From the NCBI GenBank assembly GCA_040954595.2, contig CM082593.2:3613434-3677433 (forward strand): DNA of 64,000 nt. Reading direction: 5' to 3'. Below the pieces are notes generated by a model, which did not search any database, was not told where the DNA came from, and saw only the letters and a list, made by a program, of their open reading frames with translations. Shown here piece after piece: positions 34,901-49,900 of this stretch (positions are counted from its first letter, which is position 1; the number at the start of each line of letters is the position of its first letter). The DNA comes from Balanoglossus misakiensis (lineage: Eukaryota > Animalia > Hemichordata). The position numbers and the translations under genes are program-made.

Positions 34901-37900
34901 GTCTAGTGGTTTGTTAGTCTTTGTCCCAATTGTTGTTAACAGTGCCCCGTATAGGCTGATATTACAATCTTTGGATGCAACACTACAATATTGCAACTCT
35001 CAACACAGTTTACAATTTTAGACAGTTGCATATCGTGAGTTTTTACTATAAGATAGTGACTCCCACATACTGGTCACAGACATCATTTGAGACAGTCTGA
35101 GATTGTGACTTGCTTCCAAAGTGCGACTTACACATACCAGTTACAGCTACCCTTCCTCTAACCCAACTCACAACACACCCTGTCTAACCAACCCCCAACT
35201 ACCAAGGGTTGTCACACTGGCTTGTTGCAAACATTCATTAACAGTTTCCTTTTTGAGGTATGATACAAGTCAAACACATGACATTTTGAGAAAAACAATA
35301 ACAAAGTCTGAGCATAGAAGCACAGAAAAGGCCATTCTGAGAAAACGAGGTTGTAAAATAGTCTTATTTTATTCTTTCAATTTTCCAATTTTATACAAAG
35401 TATTTTGAGCTTTTTGAATATTTTTACATGGACACATAATCGACTCCCAGAATGGCCTTTTCTGTGGAAAGGGAGTGCTTTAGCATGCATGGCTGGATAC
35501 ACAGAAATAAATTCATACACTATTAAAGATTGAAAACAAACCTCCTGTTTTTCGGTAGAAATAGCGTTGATGGTTGCCAAGGTAACAAAGCACAGAGGTA
35601 AAAAATTGCAGCAATGGTGGGATGCAGTAGGAAAGAGTAATATGCGTTAAATCAATGAATATGTGATGTACCGTAAAATTCCCTTTTTGAAGTCACTTTA
35701 TAAAGCCACAACTTGATTCTGAAGCCTCGCAATCAAGCTAATGTTTCCAATTGCAGACTTTCCTAGCCTGTCCATAATTAAACAGCATAAATGGACTTCC
35801 TGGAAGAATCCTGGAGAATGGCCTAGACAAATGTCAAGTTACCTAGCTTGAACTTCTGATTGGAATTTTACGGTACGTGGGAAAAACAATGAAAATGTGA
35901 AATTGTGGTAAAACTAGAGCGCAAATAAAGATAGGGAATGCAAAAATCATAATGGTTTTGTGAATTTATATTGTCTTCCTTTCAAAAAAGGCGAGTCCAG
36001 CATCTTTTAACAGTTTTGGAATTTATAACACTGCATCAGTATGCCTTTTATCTAGCAAGATTTCCTGGAACCTTGAGTAGAATTGAGAACATGGAAAACC
36101 ATTGAATCAGAAGTATAGTGCAACAGTCTTAAAAGTCAAGATAAATATGAATATTAATGAGTGAATGTGCATTGTATGGTGTACTAGTAGTACTAGTCAG
36201 AAATATGGCACACTTCAGCCAATGTTATTTGCATTTTCTCTCCTACCTGATCAACATCAGGATCCACTGCTTCCACTTGTAAGGGCATGGTTCCCATTGC
36301 CGTGGTGACCACAGTCGTCCCAAGACCAGCATTTTCATTCACAAACCCACTGTAGCTCCTTTGCGTGAAGTTTGGTTTGTTGTCGTTGACATCGTCAATG
36401 TAAATTTCAATATTTGCCGTGGCGTACCTTCCTGTACTTGTTGACGACATTTCCTCTGCCTGCAGAGTTATATATATGTGCAGTTTAGTTTACATGAACC
36501 AACTTTCATGTAGCTGAGTGAATTTCATCTTTCTTCTACTTTCCATCAACTACAGTTTTCACAGTAATATTACCTTGACAACAATCCTGAACAACTGGAA
36601 CAACGACCTATCGACTGGTTTCTTCAAAGTGATATTGCCTCCATTTGCATTGATTTCAAAGTATTCTTGGTATTGTGCCGGGTTTCCTGAAGTAACAATT
36701 CATTAAAAAAAGTTGAAAATATATTGTGTACTGTCACACATTGTCATTGTGTGTTTTCTTCAAATCACGTTTTTTGAAATTTGTTATCAATTCAGACACT
36801 GTGTGTAATCCAGTGCACACTTTTAAGAACTCATCCCCACCTTGGTTAAAACTATACTTGATGGTTGAAGGGTTTGGGACATCCTTGTCTTGATCTTCAG
36901 CATACACTGGTCCTGGACTGAACACCAACGGTGCTGTTATTGCCTGTGAGGAGAAAAGAAGCACACACTCAAACAAAAAGATTCAATTGAATAAAATTGA
37001 AATCCGGTCAAGGAAATCTGTGTTTCAAGACCACAAAGACATGTTGGTACAAAAGGTCAAAGGTTTATGGTCTCAACACCTCCCATTTAAATGGGTGAGT
37101 GGTCATGATTGATATGTGAAGACTTAAGGAGTGGAGTAAAGAATTATTTTTCAAGTTAGCTTACCTGTTTTTCTGGTATATGAGTTTTATAGGTGTTTGT
37201 GGTGCACACGTTATTGACTTCAATGCAAGGGACAAACTGAGGACCCAGGTCATCACCATCAATCACGGTCACTGTCAAAATTGTCGTGTTCACCTTCGGA
37301 TTTGTCACTGCACGGTCCTGTACAAGTCACAAAATATAGAAGTAAATTATTAGATAAGAATTACTGCCTCTACAAAAAATGATCAGTTTCTGTTACTGGT
37401 TGTAGCAATAAAAACATTTGTTGTGTGCATGTAGTATTAACCATTTAAATTATGCTACAGAGCTCTATAGAACACAAGACAGAAGTTGGCACTTACCCTC
37501 GCTTCAATCAATACATGCCACTCCGTTTTTGTTTCATAATCTAACGTCTTGTTTAGAGTAACTATACCCATTGCTGGTAGATTATTGATGAAATACTCGT
37601 CTGCGTCCTGCGACAGAAAAATTGATAGTGACAAGCAATGGTTAAAACAGAACCATTTGGTGACACGAACAGATAATCCTCTTGCAGCTGTAATCACTTC
37701 TTTCATAACACCCAATAGTTAGTAAAACCCAGTTTGTAAAACTGTAGGGCAGGCCAAGCTATCCCAATTTTGTCTTAGTTTATCTTGGCCTTTAACTAAA
37801 TCATATTATTTTGTTATTTGACCAAAATGAAAGTGGTCATTTGAAAAGAGAATATGAAATTCAACTTACCGGGTCCTCAGGGTTATTGACAACAAAATAA

Positions 37901-40900
37901 CTGACACTTCCATTTCTTCCACTGTCCGCGTCTGTCGCTAGTAAATTATTGAAAATAGTGCTGGACACCAGTGTCAGCTGTGAGAATAAATTCAAGTAAA
38001 ATCTAAGTTTCAAAAGTCTCTCTTAAAATTGAGAATAGAAATTGGAAGTCAAAATGCAGAAGTTTGAATGAGAGAGGCCAATTGACACGAATTTGAGATT
38101 CAAAATAGCCGCGAATCTCTATGTTAATGCTATGGAGAAATTAAAAGCCATTTTGAATTTGTATAAAATGTTTCGGACAGACTCACCTCACTTATTTCTA
38201 CATGGTAAGGTAATCCCTCAAACTGGGGTGTGTTGTCATTGATGTCACCAATGATGATGGTGATCGGATGTTCTATGTCAAATATAAACTGAGAAAGAGA
38301 AATATGTGGAAAAGTTATGAGGTTTTATTTGGTGACAGATGTTACTTTGGCATCAAAGGTTAAAGGGTATCACCAATCCAATACTTACATTTGGATTTGA
38401 CAGAGGTCTACATTTCACAGTACAAGAAAGTGATGTCATACCATCAGGACCCTGAAAGAAAAAGATGGAAATTTTATTCTGAAGTTAATTTCCAACCACG
38501 ATAATCTTTGAATCTAAAAATCACAAATATTTCCAACTGTTGCTAAGCAACCATTGATATGCAAACTTACATCTCTCTCCAAAGGTTTGGTTAAGTTCAG
38601 TGCCTTGGTGTATATGTCTAAACTAATGTACTCCGTACACTTGCCGTCGTTGGAGCTGACTAACTCTAACGAGATGGTGGGATTGGAACTGCCAGCAGTT
38701 CCCTGTATGTCTAAGACTCCTATTGTTTCGTCTGTGAAGAGAGAAAACGTGAAGAAAGCCATTGAATGGTGCATGTGCGATGATGTCATTGTAGGGTTTT
38801 GTTCAACCTTGCAACAAGGAAGCTGTACAAGTACAACCATGCTTCAAAGTTTGGATTGCTGAAACGTGCAAAAGAAGCCTTGACTGCCTTGTTTTTCTCA
38901 CCCTGAAATGCCTGTCCGTGACGGCTTGGTTACTATGGTAACCACCACGGATGGCAATGACAGCTGAAGTGATTTTAGTTTCACAGTGTTCAAGTCTATA
39001 TACAGACGTGCGGCCAATTGCATCATAATCACTCTTAACTGCTCAGATTTTATTTCACTTGTCAAATTATTTACCAGCTAGTCTCACCCACATCTCTTTT
39101 TCATGAAAAGAGAATAGAAAACTGTACAGCTGCATTTGAAGTGCTTACATTAGCAAGGGAAATGTTCTACGTAAGTGGTTTGTGTGTAATTCATTCAAAT
39201 GCCAAAAACTCACAGGACACCCATCCAATCATTTTACTGAAACTGTACTTACCAACTGGAAAATCTTCAGAAATAGTATAAAAAATATTCGGCCCATCTG
39301 ATCCAAGATTAACACAATCTGAGCAACAGCAAAAAAATTACAAAATCAATATTGGATCACAAGTTTAATTGAGTTTTTAATTTGACAGTAACTGCAAAGA
39401 CACCTCACTCAACCATATATATTCCATCGTTAAAACCGTCATGATATGATGGATTCTTCATAGAAGTGAAAGATGTTTTTTTAAAACATGCAGCAATTAT
39501 GTATGGACAGCTGGGGTGTAATATAGAGCTTGAATATTGGAATAAAAATGGCCAGAATAAAACGTCACATATAAACCCTGCAGTGATATATGTAAAACGT
39601 ATGCAGAAGAATGAGTAATATGATATAGCAGTACAAATACAGTGAGTAAGCGTGACATATGAATGTGAATATTTTCCCTGGCCATTTTATCACACTTTTT
39701 TTTCGTTCACCTATTGGGTGACATTGCTATCCTTTATACACACAATACCGTCCCCCTCCAACATATATCATGCATATGACACCTTCCTCTCAACATTAGA
39801 ATTTTCATGTCTGTCACATTTTCTTTGACATCCCAGAACACCCTAAGCAAACCATAGCAAATGGTCGATGAGCAAGCAGTGATGAGGGTTAAACTTAAAA
39901 GATGAAAATCAAATGGGTTTGATCAACCAGGCCAAAAAACATCTACAAAGCATGGAAAGTAGAGTAACAGCAACCAGCCACCTGGGTTAGTATCACTAAC
40001 GTGAAAATATTCTATAAACTACGAATTCTACATGCACTAAAATCTACAAAACTACCTGTTCTAAACCTCTAAAATCTAGCCCCGAAAATGGTTTCCTAGT
40101 AAAAGCAGGGGAGAAAAAATCACAAGCGATGGGTGAATGAATGATGAGGCTGAAAAAACGTGCTTTGAGGAAATTGGCCAGTTCATTCTGGTGTCTTGTT
40201 TCTTACCTCCACTAAAGCCTGTTACAAAATAATTGGGAAAAACAACACAGAGGTGAACAGTTAGAACATTATGGGAAGGGAACTGCCTTTATACAAACAT
40301 GCATGCAATAAAACTGGGTGGATGTCGGTAATAGTTACATGGTAAGTGTAAACAAATGATATTGTAAATGTAAGTGTCTTGGGAATAGATTCATAACCTG
40401 TTTTAAAATAATGAAAGATTTCATTCTGTGGGTTGAAAAATCCAACAAACATTAATGAATTCTCGACTTCTGTATGGTATGACATTTCATTTTTCAAAAG
40501 CAAAGAAAGCGCTATTTACAAAGTGGCCAGAGTATTTGAAAGTTACAGAACAAGAAATATAGTAGTTTGTCACTTTGTGCACCAACAAAAGTTATTGTTG
40601 AATATTAAATTAAATAGAAAAGAAACAGTCATCTGCACACAGAGGGCTTTGCAGGAGTCAAGTATAGGGAAAGATGCATCATGGGTAAAAAGGGAAACAC
40701 ATTGCATTATTGGTGAAATGCAAAGAGTGTGCTTGTTGTTTTTTCTTACCTCTGTCAAGGTGCAACTGAGGAAAGTCTGACATTGTGCAAGGGAAGACAC
40801 AGACAGTGAAAAATAAAATGTGCAGATTATGGAACAGCGAAAATGTGAAGCAGAATAAAAATGAAAAGAGTGCAAAAATGAGAAGAAAACGCTGTGTGCT

Positions 40901-43900
40901 AGATTAATGAAACTAGATATGGCAGGTTCAATCTGATGCAACAAAAATCAATCAGTTCTAAGGACAAGTTATTTCCCAGAAAGTGTTTTGACACCTCGCA
41001 ATAGAAATGTCAAAACCAAATCTATACAATCGTTTCTGTCTGTCGCCAGTCATATTGTCTCGAGCTATCTGAAAGTCTAGACTGTATGTTTTTGTCCTAT
41101 TTTCTGCAACATGAGGGGATTGTTTTAATTAGATATTCTCACCCAAAATGATTATGCTATTGATCTGGTTAAAGTGTAACTTTAATGTAATACATGTACA
41201 TTCTGAAGTATGTACACAGCTAAACACTCAAGTACTTCACTCCCATTAACTTTCACAGATATCAATTTTGCAGTCATGAATGCTCACGCTTAATTGGATA
41301 ACTAAAGGTGTTTTCTTAAAACTAGTGAAAAATTGCCACAGAAAAAAAATGAGATGACGTTAATTGGAAAAGATGCAAAGGTACTTCAAAATCCTGCAGT
41401 GCTAATGAGATTAACGAACTACTGATGGTTGGTGACAGCGAAATTCCATCATTAACAAAATGAAAGAACTGAGCGGACCTACAGTGGTGATGTCAATGAA
41501 GAAAAAACACAAAAGAAAAAATATATATTTTCGAAAATGCTGACTTCAGTTAGCATGATTAATAGTCTGCTTGTCAGAGTGACAATAGGTGCAATTTGGG
41601 GATAATTTAGATTTGTAGGGAGTCGTGCTAATGCTTGATGGAAGCCAGCGGCTGCTTTGATCACTTCTAGGCCACATCCATCTTGTCTAAAAATAAGCAA
41701 ACTTCCTTACTCTATTTATAATCTTGGAACAGAAACTAACACTCAGTCACGTTTACAGACCACTGCACCTCAAAATCGATTTAAACTTTTGTCTATTCTT
41801 TTCTAACTTGTTTTAAAATACTCTTTCAACCATTCTTTCAAAAATCCAAAAATAACTATAAACTACTCAAGCTTATTTTGTTGAAGTACAGATAAATTAC
41901 GTCTTACAATGTTAACATTCAAAATGGCCGAACTGCAAATACATGTATTTGGAATTCAAAATGGCCGAACTGCGCGCGTATGGGAAAATTCGAAAATGCA
42001 ATTTCTTGAGAGCAGAACTGTATTCCCCTCGTACATAGTTTCCTAAACAACTTCCAACAAGCTTGAATACAGCAAATACTTGAAGCACAATTGTCTGTCG
42101 TTTAAAGTTAGAACACCTATAAAAGACAAGAGGTATCCAGACATGTCCATGAGAGCCATATTCTACCCTATATTCCAAACAGACTTTCAAAAGCACTGGT
42201 GGGAAATAAAATGTCTGCTACACATGTAGCAATGAATCAAAATTAAAATTTAATGGATTAAACATTTATGGCATATTCAGTAACATTTGAGGCACTGGTT
42301 TTATGGGTATTTAATGACAGCTAAACTTGAGTTCCAACCTCCATTAAAACTCACTACTCGAAATTCAGTCAATTTTTGTAGTTGTTTCCAAAAAGCCTTT
42401 GGGACATATCATGAAAGGAAATTGTGTTGGTCGACTATTTTATTATCTCAATTGTTTTAACGTTCATGATACAACCATCATACCTTTATGATAAACAAAT
42501 TTTAAACAGCTTTTAATATAAGTCCATGTTGACGAAAACACATAACACTTGAAAAGCTTTTAACATGAGAGGCACACGTCAGAGACACTTTAACATAGAA
42601 CTATTTTGAGTAACAAACTACTTGTAAGCCTGTCTCAGTGTCAGTTGAATATGAGCATCCTTGTTTCCAAGGCAACAAACAGTGAGGAAATAACAGAAGT
42701 ACACATTCTAGACAAATTGAACACATTCTGGACATTGTTCCAGACTTCTGTTTATAGTAATCTGAGGTCAAGGGTCACCAAACAGAACAGATGTCATCGA
42801 AGACGCCACTCGTAAATATTTATGGCAAACAAGGTTTTATTATTGTTTTGTTTGGTAGGTTTACCAAGACTTTTATACAAACTTTGTCAACACAAACAAA
42901 AACTAGAAATAAACTTTGTGGTCTGCTGAATAAACTTGTAGCCGCAACTTGATATGGGTTAATTTCTATCCTAAATATTCGACAACCACAGCCAATGATG
43001 CCTTTTACGAGAGATCAGGTACAATGCAGTAAAAGGCTTTTATGGTCTGGGTACAATACCCCTTTATGTCACCATTACCAGCAACTGAGGCATCAGGTAG
43101 CCATTGTTGTAGGCAATGTGACTTTAAGTATCACTGGGGGTCAAAGTTGACAACTCATTTGCATTGGCTTTTTTACAGCTCAATCACAACACTTAATTTG
43201 TTTGAAAAATTCAACCACAATATGCTCAAGGGCAAGATTGCAATTTTCTACAAAAGAAGCAGATATTAAAATATAAAATCAACAGTCGCTGAAATGACAA
43301 AATGCACTGTAGGAAAGGTTTGAAAAATGAATCTTGATACATCTGTTACTCACAGTTTAAACAAACCCTACAATGATTGAGCTAAAATCTTTTTTTTATC
43401 AACGTTCACAGTTATCACACTTAGCGAAGGAGATGGGATAACAAAACTGTGTCAACAGATGCAGTCATTTGAGTTATGTGCCATCTGTGGCACTGTTACC
43501 ATGGAAATACAACCGATAGTACAACTGACAGAGGTACTTATGCATCATTAACAATTTTGACGGGAGGACACTTAATTCAACATGGCCGCCATAAAATGCA
43601 GTGTAAAGGAATAATAATCAAGCCTTGTTCTTTGAAAGAACAACTCATATTTTTGTAAATTAAAAAACAGCTGTCTGGACTTCAAAGTTGTCAAAGGTGT
43701 TAAAAATAACCCATTCATCTCATCAACCTACATATTTAATTTCCCAAGGGGATCTTCATCGCAACTCATCTTATATTCGTGACTCAAAATCAATGGATTT
43801 TTTTTTACCCCATTTAAATGAAAATATGGGTGGCGCCCATTTTGTGTGTGGGAGCAATATGGCCATTGATTCATGTATGTGTTGATCATGTGTAGTCAAT

Positions 43901-46900
43901 ATTGAAAGAGGAATCATATAAAACATATGGATCATTAAATTGATCGCGTGCAAACATACACTTGGCAAGGTGTTTGGTTGGTATATTTACCATGCCATGT
44001 CAGCTATCTGGAAATAGGTACACAATTTGGGGCTAGTTGATTCTGATTGCCCTTTAATTAAGACCTGCATGTTTTTTCCATAAATTTGAGCTGGGAAATT
44101 TCATTTTTAATTATTACTAAGCACCCCTGGTTCATATTTGACCTGGCATACGTTAATCTCAAGATTTCTGCAGAGCTGTCAATCACTGTTATTGGCAGTA
44201 GAAATACACAGGGATTAACTGGTATTATCAGCAAAGTTGAGCTGAACTCAATTCTGCGTACTAGTATTTCCAAACCCTGTATCTGACAAATTCTATGTAT
44301 TTCCAAATCCTGTGTTTGTTTTCCCCCGACATGTGTTTCCGCCTTTGTCCGAAGAATTGATTTTTTCCGGCTGAATTACAACCATTTATGTCCAAGTTCA
44401 CTCTTGACTAACCAGGCCATAACCCTCAAATGATGCCAAACAATGGACAAGTTGTCCTAAATGAAACGCAGCAAAACAACACCGCAGCTCGCTAATTCAG
44501 TTACCTTGTACTCTTTGTATTGATCTCCCATCTTGCCAATTAGGGCAAAGTTGAATTTTTTCCTGACCGGTAATTGCATTAGGAATAAACAGTTTTGTGA
44601 GGCTAAAAAATGCTAACGCTTACAGCCACTTTTTTCAATATCATTTCTTCAGGGAATTAACTGTGGATAACAGAAATTTAATTTCAGTAACTTCACTGGC
44701 TCAATCAGTAAAATGTTAAAAATTATGAATTCAAAGAGTTGGATATACATGTATAAATTGCCAGGTGGTTGATATGATGGGTTATTCGCATAGTGAATGA
44801 GCACTACAGCTTAATGAATCTTCCTTATCCAAAGTTCAAATGTATAAATGTCAAATTTTTCACTTAAATTTTACTGTAGATATCTTTCTTGTGATATATC
44901 AAAATTTACTCCCCATCTTCTAACAAACACACCTAGGTCAAGCAAAGACTTACTGTCTCTGTATGAAAGTTGATTTTACAGATTAATAATTGATTTTCAG
45001 AGGCAGGAAATTTGTACAATTCTGCTTTGTTGGAAATGTATGTACGTTCAGACACCTGTTTAGACACAGGCAAAGTGATTAACTATTTAATCATCTGTGT
45101 TGAAGGAAGTTGATTCCAACTCCATCAATAAACAGACTACTTCTGCTGTACACCTCCAAAATGCTGGTAAAAACCTGTCCTCCAGACATTATATGAGAGA
45201 ATAAAATTTGACAATGTGACTTTTACAAAGCCCTCAGAAAACTGTCAATAGTTCATTATAATTAAAATGGGGGTTTTCCTGTGATTAAATGTTTATGGCT
45301 TTCTACAATTTTCAGTGTAAGTGTACTGGTACATTTATGAGTATAATGATTACAAGAAAGTAATAAATATCACCAGAAAATGTCACAGAAGTTTTAAGGC
45401 ATAAAACTTCTTCAACACAAAACGCTCTGAGATAAAAATCTAAAAATCCGTTATCAGTGATTGGAACTTGATTCCTGAATGATTACAAAACCTGATGCAG
45501 ATTGAAATCTTATATCTCTTCAGTCCAAAATTCATTAAAATTTCACAAGCTCGCCAGAATAAAGTCAATTGGAGATCGTTATAAAGGAAATAATAACCCC
45601 TGGCTATGTTGAATTATTTAATTCTGTGTAAATGGAGGTTGCTTCTCTTGGTTAAAAAACCGCCACCTGCTACAGATCATTCAGGAAACCTTTTTAAGTA
45701 GAATTTTATATGCGTCATCTGTACATATACGAAATGTTAATCACATTATATAAATATGTTGTATTATATAAACCCTAAATAGTAAATTAATGATCTTCAG
45801 AAAACTGAACTTCAGTGATTGAATTATATCTATTTGATATTCTCAAAGACAAGGCAGGTGTGTTAATCTGACAACCAACAACAAAGTGTTTCAGCAAGAG
45901 AAAAACTTAGCTTCCAAAAACAAATTATGAAAAAAATACGTAAAATAAAAAGTGAACCAATAAAATATAAAAGTTTGATAGTCTTAAATCTGAAATCCGC
46001 AATGAAAATGTCAGAATTGATTGCTTTAATGGAGTAGCGTGACGTGCATGTGGTCTGACTGCTAGAGGCTGAGGAAACTTTTTTTTCGTTTCGTTGTATT
46101 TCCCCTTTCCTTAAACAGGATATTACTGTGCACAGTTTGCATATCTGAAGACAGGCCAAAAGACACAAGTCTAGACTGGTTAAGTGTAGTCATGTCACCA
46201 GTGAGAAATAAACAGCTAGTATTATACCCTTGATATTGTTTTATATTATTTCAAGCATAGTCCATTCTATTGAGTATTTTCTGCAAAAATCTCCAAAATC
46301 ACGTTGTCATATTTTGACATTGCATCAAGAAGCAGAACATTTTCAGTTTATCTTAACATTCTTTCTTTTTATGGACAAGTACCACCTTCACTTTTTTCCA
46401 AGACTGTATACCTATGTAAATATTTAAGATTTCAAACACATTCCATACATGCCGCTTAGGTTCTTGTCAACACAGGCTACATACAAGTGGTTGTTATGAG
46501 AGACGTTACGCTTAGGTCATGACCTTTGACCTTCAGATTATCGCTCACACCTTAGAAAGTCCTGAAGTAAAAAAACCTGTCTTGCTTTGTAATGCCACAT
46601 CACCTTTTCAATGCCAACCTGACATTTTATTGATTTTTTAATAAAAAACTGTGAAAGTTTTAGACGTGTGAAAATGAGCAAACTAGCTCACCCACATTTC
46701 AATACAATATTGGTCAGTCATGCTTATTTCAAATCTGACAAAGTTCAAAAGTTGAAAGTTGAGGTGAAGGGGTAACAGATGGCAAAAAAGTACCAGTAGG
46801 TTTTGAAGGAAATAGAATGATTGATTTTATTGTCATGGTTGAAAGACAAACAGAACACGAGACAGCAACGGGGGATCTGAAAGTTTGATGCCCTGGGGCA

Positions 46901-49900
46901 GTACAGGAAATAGGACGTTAACTACAGAATAACAAGACAATAGCCATGGCTGGTGTTCTGTTCATCGTCATCTGCCAAGGATGGATACGACGATTTAAAA
47001 AAAAACCAGCTAGAACTTTTCAATATTTTTATGCCTTAACCTGAACGCACTTTTATTACAGAATTTGTCGTCCGAATGTTTGCTTACATGGTACTTCAGA
47101 CAGCTGTGCCTCGTGTTAACATGACGTTTGTTTGATGAATGGATCTGCTATGCTGGGATATTAGAATATGTTGGACATGTTTCATAAAAGCCCAAACTGG
47201 TTATATCTGAATTCTTTCATATATAACAGAAATAAAGAATTTTTAATATCATAGAATGAAATCCCCTCCATTGATGGAACATGTCAGGTTGATAATACAA
47301 GTTCACACAAATACATGTACCCACTGAAACCACCTGTTGCACGAACTAAAGTCTTTCGTGATTGACAGCAAACATGAACTCTACCAATGACTGAACTGTG
47401 ACATTTACCGTCAACAGAATGTCGCGCGAGCGTGTGCATATAATGGCATGCAAACTGGTCGTGTAATTTTATCCCACAATACCGTGTGGTTGCACATTTC
47501 AAACAAAACACGGGCAGGACACAGCCAGGGTATTAAATTTGTATCATGGCTGGACGCCCCACTTAACATTCCGGCCTACCAGTGCAGTACACACGGCAGC
47601 TGCTGTCGCTGTGGTCTTTGTTTACAGAACAACAAAACAATCGATCAGGAGATATATTTCCTCCACCAACAAATTTACTGCATAAATGTCACGTTTCCCT
47701 TCGTCTGGAATAACTTAAATATTTACACGAACCCATGCAGTCTGATTACGGATATACATTTATGCTGACGAATATTTTAATTTTATAATACTGAAATCAG
47801 ACTAGCTGGTACACTTTTGAAAATGTCACCTGTGGTTGTGTTGATGGAGGACGTGGGAAGCAATTTCAGCAAATATCACGATACATTAATAATTTAATCC
47901 TTCCATGGAAAAATTAAATTTATCATATTGATTTAGCATCACGGCATACAAGCAAGAGTTTTTATTTTTATTCATTTTCAACCGGTAGCCATGATGCATT
48001 TGCAAATTTTAAGGCATTTTTCAACTTCATTTCAAGTCATTTACATGTTGTAGGCTGAAATGATTACAGCATGCAAGCAAGGTCATATCACAGTGCCAGT
48101 TTACAACTAGTTCTGCTTGTGGGGTTCATTATTTACAGGGGAAAATCGATACAGAGTTCAATGAACCCCAAAGTGACCCTCAGACTATGTTTGATAATAT
48201 CTTATCTAAAAGACTAAAAAAGATAGTGATTTAATAAAATCTAGCGTTTAGATCCCTATTAAACAAAGTAATAATTGAATCCTTTTATTTCATTATAATA
48301 GCGCATTCAACCAAATATTGCTGACTTTTCACATATTCCATAATAAATTCAAAAATTCAAAGAGAAATTGTCTTTGCCAACGTTATTATAGGTAACATTC
48401 TGACACGACTGCTGGTATAATTTTGACACTGATGCAAATGAGGTTATTTTTAACTTTACAGACGGTTGACCGACTTAACATTCTTGAAAGTAAACAAATT
48501 GATAGTTTCAAATTATATCATGGATGTTGAATATTTCATCAGTAATTGTATAAGCTTCACTGTCAGGTTTACAGGTCCAGAACATATGCACCGATAAAAC
48601 TATAAAATTGCAAAATAGCTCAACGTTTTGCATATTTACATAATGAGGTACGTCTGTGTGGTGACTATTTTTACAATACATATTTTACATGACCAGTTTA
48701 TGATTCCAAGATTTCTACAAAATGACACTCTTATTTAATATTTCACACGCATAAATGTTAGTCTCTCTTGCTAGGGGCTACAAATTTCCTGCCACAAACA
48801 ATGGTGTTGAATAATTGAACAACTAATCCCTCTATACTGTACGTCATACAGACAATATCAAAATCCCTAATCCTAAATTACATTGTGCAGCTATAGAATC
48901 CCTGTAGCACTTTCATCATCTCAATTTTTTCTCACAAAATCAGTTGGGATGTTGACAACATTTTCTCTCAACAGACATGACTGTTTCCAGAATTGGTGAC
49001 ACATTTTTAGATAAGTTATACTCTCAGGTTTAATTCTATTAATTCTATGAAAAAAGTTCACTTTTCAATATTTTTAAAATTTGATTAACATGTTGCCACA
49101 TCATGACCGATGAAAGTGTTAACCCTTTGAACAAAACACAGTAATGAAGCCACATTTTTATGTAAAAAACCTTCAATGCTAATTCTCAATTAATCCAAAA
49201 TAATCAATCTGAGATTTTTTAATTAATCAGGTGGCAGATTATACGAATGACACCATCGTGTGACTGACAATTTACTATAAATAATTCCTAATTAATATTT
49301 AGGAAATCAGATTGGTCCAAAATTTTTTCTTGTGATTAGAAAAATTTAGCAGCTAGCACAAAAATACTCTCATTTACTACACCATGCCTGACTGAGAAAC
49401 GAAAACATTATTCAAAGCCCAGCTGCCACTACTGAATGATTGATGGACAAAATTAACATAAACTTCATGACTCCACATTATTAATTTGCATTTTCATTTC
49501 CGTTCACCTTAAAACAACTTTTATGACAAGCTTTGACCGTCATTTAACGCACGACCAAATTCTGCAATTTGTGTGCATTTAATTTCCTCTCTTGTAGTAT
49601 GCAAATACACATTGTGGTGATCAACTTGACTTTTTCAGAACTACTTTTAGAGAAACTTCAAAAAAGAAATACAACAGTATGGTGATGCAGTTACAACTGA
49701 AAATTATAATTATAACATTCTTTAATTCAAATTGGAGCAATTTTACAGACCATTAGGAACTGATTTCAACTGTCCACAAAGATATATATTCTAGAGTACT
49801 GGGGTTAATATGAAAGGCCTGAACAGGTCCCAGACAAGCATAAAGGGTTCAAAGTTCACATCAAGCTGAGCAAAACACCAGAGGAGACATTCGCTCAGTG

